Assembly (NCBI GenBank): GCA_035084275.1
Contig: CM068745.1
Coordinates: 41,726,001 to 41,790,000 of the forward strand
Reading direction: 5' to 3'
DNA from: Hydrolagus colliei
Taxonomy: Eukaryota
DNA length: 64,000 nt
The notes under the pieces are model-generated. The model worked only from the letters and a program-made list of their open reading frames with translations. It ran no database searches and was not told where the DNA came from. Shown in pieces: positions 36,845 through 48,769 of this stretch (position 1 is its first letter; every line of letters starts with the position of its first letter). Made by a program: the position numbers and the translations under genes.

Positions 36845-37142
36845 ATAATAATAATCCTTGCCTTTGATGTAATGCTTTTCAGATCTTATCGACTTCTTAA
36901 AGCGCTTCACAGAATATAATGTAAAGTGAATTAACTGTATATTTGTGGGTGAAACGCAGCAGCCAATTGCACACAGCAGTATCCCACAAACAGTCATGGA
37001 TTGAACTGACCAATTTTTTTGAGGGATTATTATTAGGCATGCAGAATGAGGAAACTTGCCCAGGGTTTTGCCCAGTCTAGATTCAAACACAAGTCTCACA
37101 CATGTAAGGCAAGTGCTCTAACCACTGAGCTACAGGACTCCA
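36845..37142 (-). mobile_element. Same SINE family
   Basis: Tail, core and head present. Confidence 0.9.
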
Positions 37143-37689
37143 CAAATCAAGGAACATTCAATCAGAAAAAAAATTAGGAGCAAAATATTGATTTAAAACA
37201 GACTCACATTGACTAATGAGAGTGTTTGGGGGGATCATTTCTTGATAGCCATGCAGGAAATTTCTGGTTCCTTGGGCCATATTGGCCATCACTGCCCCAG
37301 AGGGTCAACTTTAAGATACTCATCCTTACCTTACTATGTTCATCCCATAATGTTTTCTTGGGGAACCATGAATTAACTCAACTCGGTGTGAATGTCCCAC
37401 AATGAGATAATTATCATATCACATTACACATTTCTCCATCTTTTAATTTTACCTTTCTAATTCCACCCTCAATTGCAAGACCACCCCTGTTCTGACAGAT
37501 TTCCTTAGACATTCACATTGTCTCCTAGAGATTTTCAGAATCATAATGGATTTGTATAGAGTACATCACTTCAATCAGTAAATTTATTGAACTGAGGCAG
37601 CAAATGAATCTTATTCTCCATTGGTTGGTAACCTGACAAATTCACTGCCATATTCATGTACACATACAGTCACTACACTTTACAACCCT

Positions 37690-38170
37690 TTCCGATCCCT
37701 CCTGAGATGAAAGACACGATACAAAACAAAATTACATCAGTATAGTGCCTTTCTCATTGGGAGGATATCTCAAGGCTCTGGACAGTCAGGGATTTGGACT
37801 CAAGCAGAAGGTGGGCGATGGGGGGAGGTGGTGAGATAGGGATAAGGGAGTGTTAAGGATGGGGAGGGTAGAAGGAGGAGAAGGGTCCTGAAGGAGGCAA
37901 AGGAGGGAGCAAGATGAAGGGAATATGGGATGGAATTCCAAAGAGGGGAGAGAGAGGTTGAAGGTCCGACCGCCAATGTTGAGGTGGACTGGGCGATGGA
38001 CATGGAGCAGACCAGTGCTCCTGAGTGGGGGGAGCTAACAGGTTGATAAAGGGTTTGCAGGTTACAGAGAGAGTAAGGGCCAAGGCCAATGAGGGCTTTG
38101 AATGTGAAGACAATAATTTTCACCTCTCTCCTCTGAACAATGGGGAGCCAATGGAGCTGGGCAAGGCTGG
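37690..38170 (-). mobile_element. L2 3' fragment
   Basis: KIIVFTFKALIGL.. plus the 3' UTR. Confidence 0.8.
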
Positions 38171-38593
38171 GGTTACATATACATACCCAAATATGTAAGG
38201 ATTAACCTTGTGCTTGGAACTCAAAGTGGAAATATACTTACAAAGTTTTTTTGATTGGACATTTATGTCGGAATTAACATAGATCTGCCTTTTGAAAATA
38301 AAAACATTATTATTTCCTGTAAGGCTATGAAGTATCGGACAATAAAATGATGTGAATCTTTTTTCTTTGCATTTAAAGTTGAAATAAAAGTCTGCAGAAA
38401 AGCGATAAAATATTTTTTGCTCTCCCCACCACACACAAATAATGTAAAGAAAACAGGAAAGAGCAAGGAAATATCATATATCAGAAGCTAGAGAAAAATT
38501 TCACTGGATGGATAGTATTATTTTCCACTTTTGATATTTTCACTTGAAAAAAAAACAAAATGCTTTAATTTAGAATATATTATTGCACATACT

Positions 38594-38905
38594 ATATATC
38601 TCTCCTGCAGCTCTGTGGTTAGAGTACTCGCCTTACAAGCATGAGATCTGTGTTCAAATCCAGGCAAATCAGGGTGAAACCATGGGCAAATTTCCTTACT
38701 AGTACACCTAGAAATAATCCATCCAAATAAAACACTATAATAAAAAATGCTAATTTCAATCCACGACTGTTTGTGAGACCCTGCTGTGTGCAATTGGCAC
38801 CCACAAATATACAGTCAATTCACTTTACAGTATATCCTGTGAAATGCTTTGAGAAGTCAATAAGATGTGAAAAGCGCTATATCAAATGCAAGGATTATTA
38901 TTATA
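38594..38905 (+). mobile_element. Same SINE family, followed by an inverted copy of its own 5' end
   Basis: Head at 38594, tail at about 38905, inverted head at 38917-38961. Confidence 0.88.
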
Positions 38906-38995
38906 ATTATAATATTGTAAGATGAGTGCTCTAACCACTGAGCTACAGGAGATATATATAGTATATATTCCTTGATAAGATAACCAAATAGAATA

Positions 38996-39729
38996 CAGGT
39001 ACCCCGCCTCAACCGTGTTTTTTTCTACCATTAATTTCACTTATCCACGGTTGGCTCGCTGCGATAAACCTTGCTAACCATGGCAATGGTTATTGCTTAA
39101 CCCATGCTTATCCACAGGTTTTAACACTAACACTAGTGTTTGGCGCTAGGACCCAGTTGCATCAACCAGTTTCGCACTAGCGTCTGGCGCTAGGACCCAG
39201 TTGCGATGTCTCAATTAACCAGCGAGATGTCGCTTCTCTCTTAGGATTAAGGTAAATCTCCATTGATTTCTCTCTCTCTCTGCATCTGTGCATCTCTGTG
39301 TCTGCAGATCCTTGCAGCCAATGCTCCCAAACTTAGCCTCCCTATCCCCATGTCACCACAACACCTTCTCCACATCCCCCCACCTCTGTGTCACCCACCA
39401 CACCACCTTATGCACATCCCACCACACCCTCCGTGTCACCCACCACAACACCTTCTCCATTGATTTATCTCTATCTCTGTCTGTGTGTATGTAGATCAGT
39501 CAGTCAGACAGCGTCGCGGATTGCTGCAGATCCTGGCAGCCAATGCTCCCAAACTTACCCCCCCTATCCCCATGTTTCCCATAGAGCCCTGCATTTTCCA
39601 ACCATGAAAAAGCAAATATACTCTCCCTATCCCCATGTTTCCCATAAGGCCCTGTATTTTCCAACCTTGGTTTTACCAACTGCGAAGGTTTTCAGGAATG
39701 TATCCCCCGCGGTTGGGGAGGGACACCTG
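38996..39729. mobile_element. Tigger/pogo-like MITE with internal tandem repeats
   Basis: TA flanks; TIRs CAGGTACCCCGCCTCAACCG / CAGGTGTCCCTCCCCAACCG. Confidence 0.85.
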
Positions 39730-39739
39730 TATAGAAAGT

Positions 39740-40853
39740 ACAGAGGAGAACTGAAAAAGGAAATAAGAGAGATTGTATGAACAAAGATTAGCAGGTAACA
39801 TAAATGAGAACCCTAAGATATTTTATAAGGCTATAAAGAATAAAAGCTAGTCAAAGGTAGGGTGGATCCAATTAAGGACCAAAGGGGAAATATTTTTGTG
39901 GAGGCAGAGAGCATGGCTGATGTACTGAATGAGTACTTTGTATCTGTCTCCACAAAGGAAGAGGGTGCAGTCAATGCCACAGTATTGGAAGAGAGGATAG
40001 AGATCTGGATAAGATAAGAATAAACCAAGAGGAGGTACTAACAAGGTTGTCTGTGCTTAAGGTAAATAAGTCACCCAGTCTGGAGGGGATGCATCCTAGG
40101 TTACCAAGGGAAGTAAAGGTGGAAATAATGGAGACTCTGGCCACAATCTTTCTATCATAAGAACATAAGAATTAGGAGCAGGAGTAGGCCATTCGGCCAT
40201 TCGAGGACTTTGATGTTCAAGGACTGAGCATCTACAGCCTTCTGGGGTAGTGAATTTATCGAATTCACTACCTTCTGAGTGAAGAAATGTTTTCTCAACT
40301 CTGTTCACTGGGTGGGGGGTTCACATAAGTAAATATTTGAGGGTGGCAAGGCAGGTAGATAAAGCAGTTTTTTTTTTTTAAAAAAGCATACAGGACACTA
40401 GGCTTTATAAATAGAGGCATGGAATGCAAAAGTCAGGAAGTTATGATGAACCTTTACTGGTCGGACTTAGCTGGAGTACTGTGTTCAGTTCTGGGCACCA
40501 CACTTTAGGAAGAATGAACAAGGAGAAACTATTTCCTTTAGCGAATGGGTTAGTAACCCAAGCACACTGATTTAAAATAGTTTTTAAAAGAAATAGACGG
40601 GAGGGGAGGAGAAACATTTTCACACAACGAGTTGTTTGGGGCCTGAAATGTTTTACCTCAAAGGATTGTCGAAGCCGATTCGATAACAATATTTAAGAGA
40701 GAACTAGACACTGTAGTTATTTGGGCAGGACAGGTTTGCATGGTTGTGGTTAGAGAGCGGGGAAGTGGGATTAATTAGAACAGCTTTTTCAAAGAGTTGG
40801 CACAGACATGTTGGACCAAGGCCTCCTTCTGTGCTGTATAATTCTATGATTCT
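39740..40853 (+). mobile_element. CR1 LINE relic with an inverted CR1 tail (about 40156-40305) inside
   Basis: NPKIFYKAIK..VLNEYFVSV segment, then YCVQFWAPHFRK segment and attctatgattct tail. Confidence 0.8.
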
Positions 40854-43074
40854 GTATTGTCAATGTAGACACATTCAGCAAGGGCAGTGCTCATTTGTTT
40901 AATATTTTTTTCTCCGCATGCAGAACCAAGATGTACCTGCTCAATATATATAAGGAGACAAGTGGAAATTGCATCCAATTGTTTTCTAGCTGCTATTTGT
41001 CTACAACAGATTTCATTCTTTGTTAGTGCAAAACACACATACAAATAAATTGCAAATTTTCAGTTTCTATTTCTATTTCAATTATTTTGACTAATCGGTC
41101 ACCTATGCTCTGCATTAGAAAATATATCGATTTGGAGCATTGTATACAGTAAGTTACCAGGAAATATAATTTCCAGAGATGCTTATTCCAAGTATGCCAC
41201 GGTAGAATTACAGCTGTTTGTGTCTTTGATGTTTCTATGACAACATAACATGAGTTAAGTGATTAATAATCTGAAATTGAAAAATATCAGGAGTTTGGAA
41301 TAGCTAAAAGAAGTGAGGATAGTAAATACTATGACAATTGTTCACATATTCTACCCCGCATCAAAATATTAAAACAACAGGACTAAAGATTACTTGTGTA
41401 TCGAAACTAATGAAGTGTTGTTATCTAATTGGTGAAATTTCTCTCATGTCTGGCTTTTCTCTCTCTGTGTCAAAACCATTCCTCACTTTCCCTATTTGTA
41501 TTTGATACCACTACAGTCATTGTTCCTCTGAATCTATCTCCCTGGTACCTCTAAAATTCAAATACATCAACCTACATCATGCTTCCTACTTGAGTTCCAG
41601 CCATGTTTAAACCAAGATATCATTCTATTTCTTATTAAAATTCACTAAAGTACTTTTGAGATACCGGCATTCCTTAAATTCCTTAAATTATTCTTTAAAT
41701 TATTTAATGAACACAATCATATTTACGTAGTATGTTACAGCACGGAAACAAGCTACTTGGGCAATCTCGTTCATACTCAGGAAGTGTTTTTTTTTCCTCT
41801 CTAGGTCCTTCTGCCCCCATTTTGTGACTTGAGAGTGGTTTTATTTTGTGGAGCTTCATGGTTGTTACATTGGGCTCTATCTGACTGACTCCCAACTGTG
41901 AACTTTCAAATCGAGTTTCCCCTGGAACTTTACCATTATGCTAAGGCTTTAGCTTTTCATAAAATTAAATCCATGTTAATTCAACAGTGCTGACTGATGC
42001 CTCACAATGCAGAATGAAACTAAGCTTTACTGCATTCGCAACCTGAGTGTGCTCAGGTTCAGTGTTGCAATCCCACAGCAAATTATATAAATTCTGACCA
42101 CAAAGTTCTCTGAATAGTACTTCAGTTGCAAATTTAAATTTCTGTAGCAGCAAGTGAGGTGGAACTATTCAATCGTATTTCACACCTACTCTCACCACTT
42201 GTTATTGCGGTTACCTAAGCCGAGGAGGCATAAGATTTGTCTTTAGAATAGTAATAATAATAATAAATAATAATACCAGTGAAGCAATTATCATTCTTCT
42301 GACAGTTGTTACTGATCAAATAAAGGAGTTTGGACAACTATATTGGAGACTGCCCATTCATCTATAGGGCCTGAGTTTACTTCAACTTAGAATGATGTTT
42401 CACTCTTTCTGATAGTCATATGTGATGAGCACTCGGCTTAGTTCTCAGTACACCCACATCATAACAGTTCCATCAACTTGGCACACATTATCATTAAATT
42501 ATTCATTTCCTACAGAATTATTTGTGCGAGAAATGGAGCAAAGTCACATTGATCCAGAAAGGGATGATTTTCTGAACAAACTCATCTTCAAACATATTGT
42601 TAAGGCAGAGTGGAAGGAGCCCTGTTCCATTATATACAATGGAAATGTTCGATACTAACAACCTGGACGTAAGCATGTGCTTTGCCCAGGTACCATAAGA
42701 CTTATAATAAAACACTTAATTGCATTACATACCCCAAGATGATCACATCTACAAAGCTGCAGCTATAAATGGAGTTCTGCATATTTTATTCCTGAATTTA
42801 AAATCTGAAATTAAATGTCATATCCTATTAGGCTTCAGGACAGAAACATGGACTCAGCCACTAGCAAGAGCTGAGTGTTCCATGTTGATGATGCTTGATC
42901 TGCACTCAATGCTTTAGCAGAGAATATAGCTTCTGACTTCAGCAATTCATGCCTCGGGGATAATCTGTCAATATTGCCTGATGCCTGGTACTCTAATGGC
43001 CATATGTGCTGGGTGGGTGATGCTGGAGGAAAGGTCTCAGCCTCACTTTCACAAAGGTTAGAGTTTAGGTCAAC

Positions 43075-45140
43075 AACAACAACAACAACTTAAACTTATA
43101 AAGCGCCTTTCACGTCGGGAGGATGTCCCAAGGCGCTGCACAGGAGGCGTGTGACCCGAGCTGGGAGGGGAGTATTCGGGAAGGGGTGAAACACGTAGGG
43201 GAGGTTGAAAAGTTCGGTGGGGAACAAAAGGCACGGTCGAAGAGGAAAGTTTTCAAACCGGCCTTGAAAGAGGAAAGGGAGGAAACAAGGCAGAGGGATT
43301 GGGGGATGGAATTCCATAGGGTGGGAGCAGAGAAACTGAAGGCCCGGCCTCCGATGGTGGGGCGGTTCGAGCGGGGGCTTGGAGCAGGCCAAGTTAAATA
43401 GGGTGGGGCAAGGCCGTGTAAGGCCTTGAAGGTGAGGACGAGGATCTTGAACTCGATCCTATGGAGGATGGGGAGCCCGTGGAGACGGGCGAGGGTGGGG
43501 GTTATGTGGTCGCGGAGGTGGGTGTGGGATAGTACACGGGCTGTAGAGTTTTGGATGACCTGCAGCCTGTGAATGGAGGAGCTGGGGAGGCCGACGAGGA
43601 GAGAGTTTCCGTAGTCCAGCCGGGAGGTGATGTATGCGTGCACGAGTGTTTCGGCAGCGTGGGGGGTGAGATAGCTGCGGAGCCTGGCAATGTTGCGCAG
43701 GTGGAAATAAGAGGTGCCGGTCAAGGCACGGATGTGGGGGAGGAAGAGAGTTTATGGTCGAACGTGATGCCGAGGTTGCTGACTGGCTTTGTGAGGTGGA
43801 GAGTACAGCCTTGGATGTTGAGGCTGGCAGGGCCTGATGTGTGGAGGCGCTGGCTTGAGCCAATCAGGAGGGCCTCGGTTTTGCTCACGTTGAATTGGAG
43901 GAAGTTGTCCCTCGTCCAGGACTCAATGTCGGACAGACATGCTCTCAGAACATCGATGGTCTGGGGGTTGAGGGATAAGGTGGAAAGGTACAGTTGGGTG
44001 TCGTCCGCATACATGTGGAAATTTACCCCATGTTTGCGGATGACATCCCCCAGAGGGAGCGTGTAAATGGTGAAAAGGAGGGGGCCAAGGACAGAGCCCT
44101 GGGGGACGCCATGAGAAACTGTGCGGGGGTTTGAGGAGAAACCTTTGGAAAATACAAAATGTAGGCGGTGGGTCAGGTAGGAATGGAACCAGTCAAGTAC
44201 TGTGCCTTGAAGGTTGAGGTGGGAGGAAAGACGTTGGATCACAAAGACGTTGTGATCGACTGTGTCGAACGCAGCAGACAGGTCAAGGAGGATGAGGAGG
44301 CAGAGGGAGCCCTGGTCGCAGGCGGTTAGGATGTTGTTTGTAACCTTAACCAGGGCAGTTTCTGTGCTGTGAGCAGGGCGGAAACCTGATTGGAGGGGTT
44401 CAAGGAGTGAGTGAGTTGAGAGGAAAGAGCAGAGCTGGGAGGCAACCACTCTTTCAAGGACCTTAGATAAAAACAGGAGGTTGGAGATGGGTCGGTAGTT
44501 TGATGGCTGCGACGCATCAAGGGAGGGTTTTTTCAGGATAGGGGTGATGGTGGCTATTTTAAGGGAGGTAGGGATGGTGCCTGAGGAGAGGGAAATGTTG
44601 ATGGTGTCAGAAATGAGCGGGGCCAAAAGGTGGAGCTGGGTGCGGAGGAGGGTGGTGGGGATGGGGTCCAGTAAACACGTGGTGGGTTTCATGGAGGTGA
44701 TTATTTTTGTGACTGAAGACGGGGAGGTGGGGATGAAAGTATGAAAGGTGGGGTGGGTGGGGGTTGAAATAACGGATGGAGGGGCGGAGGTGGAGGAGAG
44801 GTGGGGGGAGGAAACCGCAGAGCGGATTCTCTCTATTTTTGACTCGAGGAAGTCCAACATCTCCTCGCAACGTGCGTTTGAGGAGAGGATCTGCGAAGCG
44901 AGACGGGGGTGGGGGCGGAGGAGCTGATTGGTGGTGGCGAAGAGGAGGCGGTGGTTGTCCTTCACTTCCAGGATTATCTTGGAGTAGAAGGCTGATTTGG
45001 CGGTGGCTAGGGCGGAGCAGTAAAATTTGATGCGGTCCAGCCAGATTTGGCGGTGGACCGTAAGGCCAGATTTGAGCCAGGTGCGTTCAACTGCTCTCAC
45101 TTGGCTTTTGAGGGAATGGAGGTGGGTTGTGTACCACGGT
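43075..45140 (-). mobile_element. 5'-truncated L2-clade LINE, relatively young, with RT domain
   Basis: 459-aa open frame (45100-43721) with PQGSVLGP and HMYADDTQLY motifs, a frameshift near 43722 into the ORF2 C-terminus (FHLRNIARLR..TSRLDYGNSLL), then the 3' UTR and (TTG)n tail. The endonuclease region is absent. Confidence 0.95.
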
Positions 45141-45589
45141 GATGATCAACAACAAAATTAATTTAAAAAAATTACAACAACAACAACAAAACTTACATTT
45201 ATATAGCGCATTTGTATAGTCCTTTCACATCGGGAGGATGTCCTAAGGCCAAGGCAGCAGAAGGCTCAAAAAGAATTATATACTGTAAAGTAGGGAACGG
45301 CGATATGGGATTTTTCCGGATATGGATATATCGGTTTGCTCATACCTGCTTAAACCGATCTATCGAGTTTTTATACTGCGCATGCGCGTGCATTCGAAGT
45401 GCGCGTGCATTGATGGCGCGCGCGCATTTATGGTGCGCGCTCAGTCGCGGTGCACGCGCATTGACGGTGCGTCTGCACTGACGATGCGCGCGCAGTCGCG
45501 GTGCACGCACATTTCGAAATGCGTGCTCTAGGTCCAGAAAGTTTGTAATGTTGGTGTCAAGGTCTGTTGAATTATACGATGTTGTTTGC

Positions 45590-46150
45590 TCCCTACCTCC
45601 CCCTCTCCTTCTCTCCCTCCTCTCCTTCTCTCCCTCCTTTCCCCCTCTCCTTCTCTCCCTCTCCCTCCTCCCTGTCTCCTCTCCCTCCTTTCCCCCTCTC
45701 CTTCTCTCCCTCCCTCCCTCCCCTCTCTCCTTCTNNNNNNNNNNNNNNNNNNNNNNNNNNNNNNNNNNNNNNNNNNNNNNNNNNNNNNNNNNNNNNNNNN
45801 NNNNNNNNNNNNNNNNNNNNNNNNNNNNNNNNNNNNNNNNNNNNNNNNNNNNNNNNNNNNNNNNTCTCTCCTTCTGTCCCTCCCTCCCTCCCTCCCCTTC
45901 TCTCCCTCCTTTCCCCCTCTCCTTCTCTCCCTCATTTCCTTCTCTCCCTCCTTTCCCCTCGCTCCTTCTCTCCCTCCTTTCCCCCTCTCCTTCTTTCCCT
46001 CCCTCCCTCTCCTCTCTTCCTCTCTCCTTCTCTCCCTCCTTTCCCCTCGCTCCTTCTCTCCCTCCTTTCACCCTCTCCTTCTCTCCCTCCCTCTTCTCTC
46101 TTCCTCTCTCCTTCTCTCCCAACTTTCCCCCTCTCCTTCTCTCCCTCCAT
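45590..46150. repeat. Polypyrimidine/polypurine minisatellite (CTCCCTCCTTTCCCCCTCTCCTTCT-like units) with 130-N gap at 45735-45864
   Basis: Direct inspection of the sequence. Confidence 0.95.
45735..45864. other. Assembly gap (130 N)
   Basis: Run of n in the sequence. Confidence 1.
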
Positions 46151-46469
46151 CTCTAAACACAAAATAGAACACACACACACCAAAAACAAAATCTAGAGAT
46201 TTATTCTCCTCCATTTCTTGCTTGAAAGTAGCATGTAATGTCCACGTGTAAATGAGATCTATTACAATAGAAAAGAGAGAGACAGACAGTCTGACTGTCA
46301 GAGTTAGAAGCCAGATTATCACTGCTGTGTGTGTCTGACTAGACACACACATAGAGGCAGTGATAGTTTGGCTTCTAACTCTCTCACACACAAAAATAAC
46401 ACTTACAGCCACAAAATGCCACTTATTTTTATGTAGTCTGAAGTCTGAATTAATGTCCTTCGCCATTGG

Positions 46470-46811
46470 CAAGCTTTCCTTTGCTATGCAAAAAGTGACA
46501 GCGTTCGTGATACTTTGCCACTTTTTGTCCCCTCTCTGGTACAATGTTCTCCTCTTAAATAAAGCAGGAATTGTTTGAGCTGCACTGGCCCCACTACCTG
46601 TCGCTTTCTCCGAAGCGCTGGTTCGACTTCGTTCTGTTGTCGACAATGATTTCGCTCTGAGGGCAGCGTGCTGGGCGGGGTGGTGCTGCTTAATGTGTTG
46701 TCGCAGGTTGCTCGTGCTCGAATCAGATGTCTTAACCAAGACCTTGCAAACTGTACATCTATACACACCATTACTGACTGCATTGTTTTCAAAGTAGTCC
46801 CATACTACCAT
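46470..46811 (-). pseudogene. Truncated hAT transposase N-terminus (BED zinc finger)
   Basis: MVVWDYF..YRCTVCK..SSTSNLRQHIKQHH (W-x-x-F, CxxC, HxxxH), then ITNAVTFCIAKESLP. Homology stops before the DDE domain and the frame runs on into repeats to 46068. Confidence 0.88.
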
Positions 46812-47765
46812 TCTTTTCCCTATGATGAGAAAGGTCAATTTTCAAACTACAATTTTCAGCGATGCGACTTTGTTAAGACGCCACGACTCACGTCGAGTAT
46901 ACACAGTAAAGTGTGCGCGCGCATCGGATGTGGGCGCCCGTTAATTGTGCGCGCGCACCGAATGTACGCGCATTCCATGCTCTAGATCTAGGAGGTTGCA
47001 ATGCCGGCGACAAGGTAAGCTGGAAAAGATCGCATTACACTGATAATACCAACAATATTGATATATTGCCAGGAACGATATTAAAAATATATCGATGTAT
47101 ATTTTTAAAATCGAATCTCTCGATATAACAGTTTTTTTAGAATCACCATATCGGCACACCGATCTGAAAATCATATCGGGTTTAATCGAAAAACCGATTA
47201 ATCGCCGTTCCCTACTGTAAAGCATGTAACACAGGTTTTAGTTTTTTTTCTGTGTATGTTCCTTTCGTGTACTATGGCTGATTTCATTTGCCTGCAGTGA
47301 TGTAAAAGAAGTTGGTAGACAAAAGCTCTTTGGCAAAGTAGAATCCAAGAGGTTTGTTTAGAAACTGGTGTCATTTAGTAATAAAAATAAGAGATAGACA
47401 GATTGGTAACTAGCTAAAACAAAGAAAGCAAAGGGATTTGATTGGGGTGCTGGAACAAAATTGGAGGAGGTATTAAATGTGTGGTGCCTTAAGAGTTAAT
47501 GCTACTCCTCGTATCCTTTAAATACCTTGATTCGCATACTCGGTATAAGGCAGTTGGGTAATTTTGCAGGTGGCAGCAACCGTATAACTGTATAAACAAT
47601 ATAAACTCCATATGACTAGTTGGGGTGAGTGAGGCCTGTTTCTGTGCTGTATATATCTTTTCAACAAAACTGAATCCATCTTGTTCAGCTCTCATCTACG
47701 CTCTCTTGCCTCTTTCTTCAACCTCCCCAGCTGCTTACTCTATCTAATAACGCATAAACTTGGTA

Positions 47766-48318
47766 CAGTAAAAGCCCGTTTATCCAGCACCCGCAGGACC
47801 TGGCCAATGCCGGTTAAAGCGCTTACTGGATATTCGGGCGGCCCGCCGTCAAAAACCCACCACAAAAAAATTAAAGTTATTTTAACGCACACCATACACA
47901 CCAAACTAAATAATAACATAATAACAGAATATTGTATTGGTACTTATTGTTAAAACTACTCTCTTGCGCTTCTCACTTTTACTGGTTGAGGTTTATAGTC
48001 CAGCGATTCTTCTTAAAATGGAGGACGCCGAGCGGGTTAAAAAAATGGCAGCGCGAATTTAAAGCCTTACTAGTGGCAAGCTGATAACCCTAGACTCTAC
48101 TAGTGGCAAACCAATAACTCTAGACTCTACTATCAGCAAACCGATAACTCTAGACTCTCCTAGCGGCAAACCGATATACTACGTGACAATGATTCACAAA
48201 TGCTCCACTGCTATTGTTCCGAGTAAGTTCCGGTTTATCGAATGGGGACATTTTTTTTGGTGTGCCAGTTATACGGAAGTGCCAGTTCATCGAGTTATGA
48301 ATAAATGTGCTTCTACTG
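47766..48318. mobile_element. Tigger/pogo-like MITE with a 30-bp x ~4 internal tandem array (48068-48177)
   Basis: TA flanks; TIRs CAGTAAAAGCCCGTTTATCC / CAGTAGAAGCACATTTATTC. Confidence 0.85.
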
Positions 48319-48491
48319 TATTTTATTTTGCTGGACCTCAAGCACGCTTTGAATCCTACATTCATCCAATTCTTTAAATAAAATCTTCTCCCATCTTCAA
48401 ACATTGCCCACTTGTCCCTTATCTCACTCCCTTCACAGCTGACACTCTCATGTGTTAATTCAGGTCTAGGCCTCTGCCATCTGAAAGTTCC

Positions 48492-48769
48492 AATAATAAT
48501 AATAATCCCTGCATTTGATATAGCACTTTTCACATCTTCTAGATTTCTCAAAACACTTCACAGAATATACTGTAAAAGGAATTCACTGTATATTTTGTGG
48601 GTGAAATGTGACACCCAATTGCACACAGCAGTGTCCCACAAACATTCTTGGATTGAAATAATCAATTTTTTTTTTGGGGGGGAGGGATTTTTATCAGGCA
48701 TGTGGAGTAAGAAAACTTGCCCAAGGTTTTGCCCTGCTTGTTCTAACCACTGAGCTACAGGACTCCACA
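48492..48769 (-). mobile_element. Same SINE family, with the 123-bp shared flank
   Basis: Head partly deleted; core and tail present. Confidence 0.88.

Larger units (their letters stand above)
45291..47214 (-). mobile_element. Non-autonomous hAT (Ac-type) transposon with BED-finger remnant
   Basis: 14-bp perfect TIRs TAGGGAACGGCGAT, perfect 8-bp TSD CTGTAAAG (45283-45290 / 47215-47222) and CGATAT-rich subterminal repeats. Confidence 0.95.

Noticed and set aside
43551-45030. Plus-strand ORFs overlapping the L2
   Set aside because: Antisense shadows of the GC-rich L2 RT frame.
45340-46196. Long R/E/G-rich and S/P/L-rich ORFs in several frames
   Set aside because: Artefacts of the purine/pyrimidine minisatellite and the N gap.
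48068-48177. 30-bp repeat array superficially resembling a CRISPR array
   Set aside because: Contiguous tandem units without unique spacers, inside a eukaryotic Tigger MITE.
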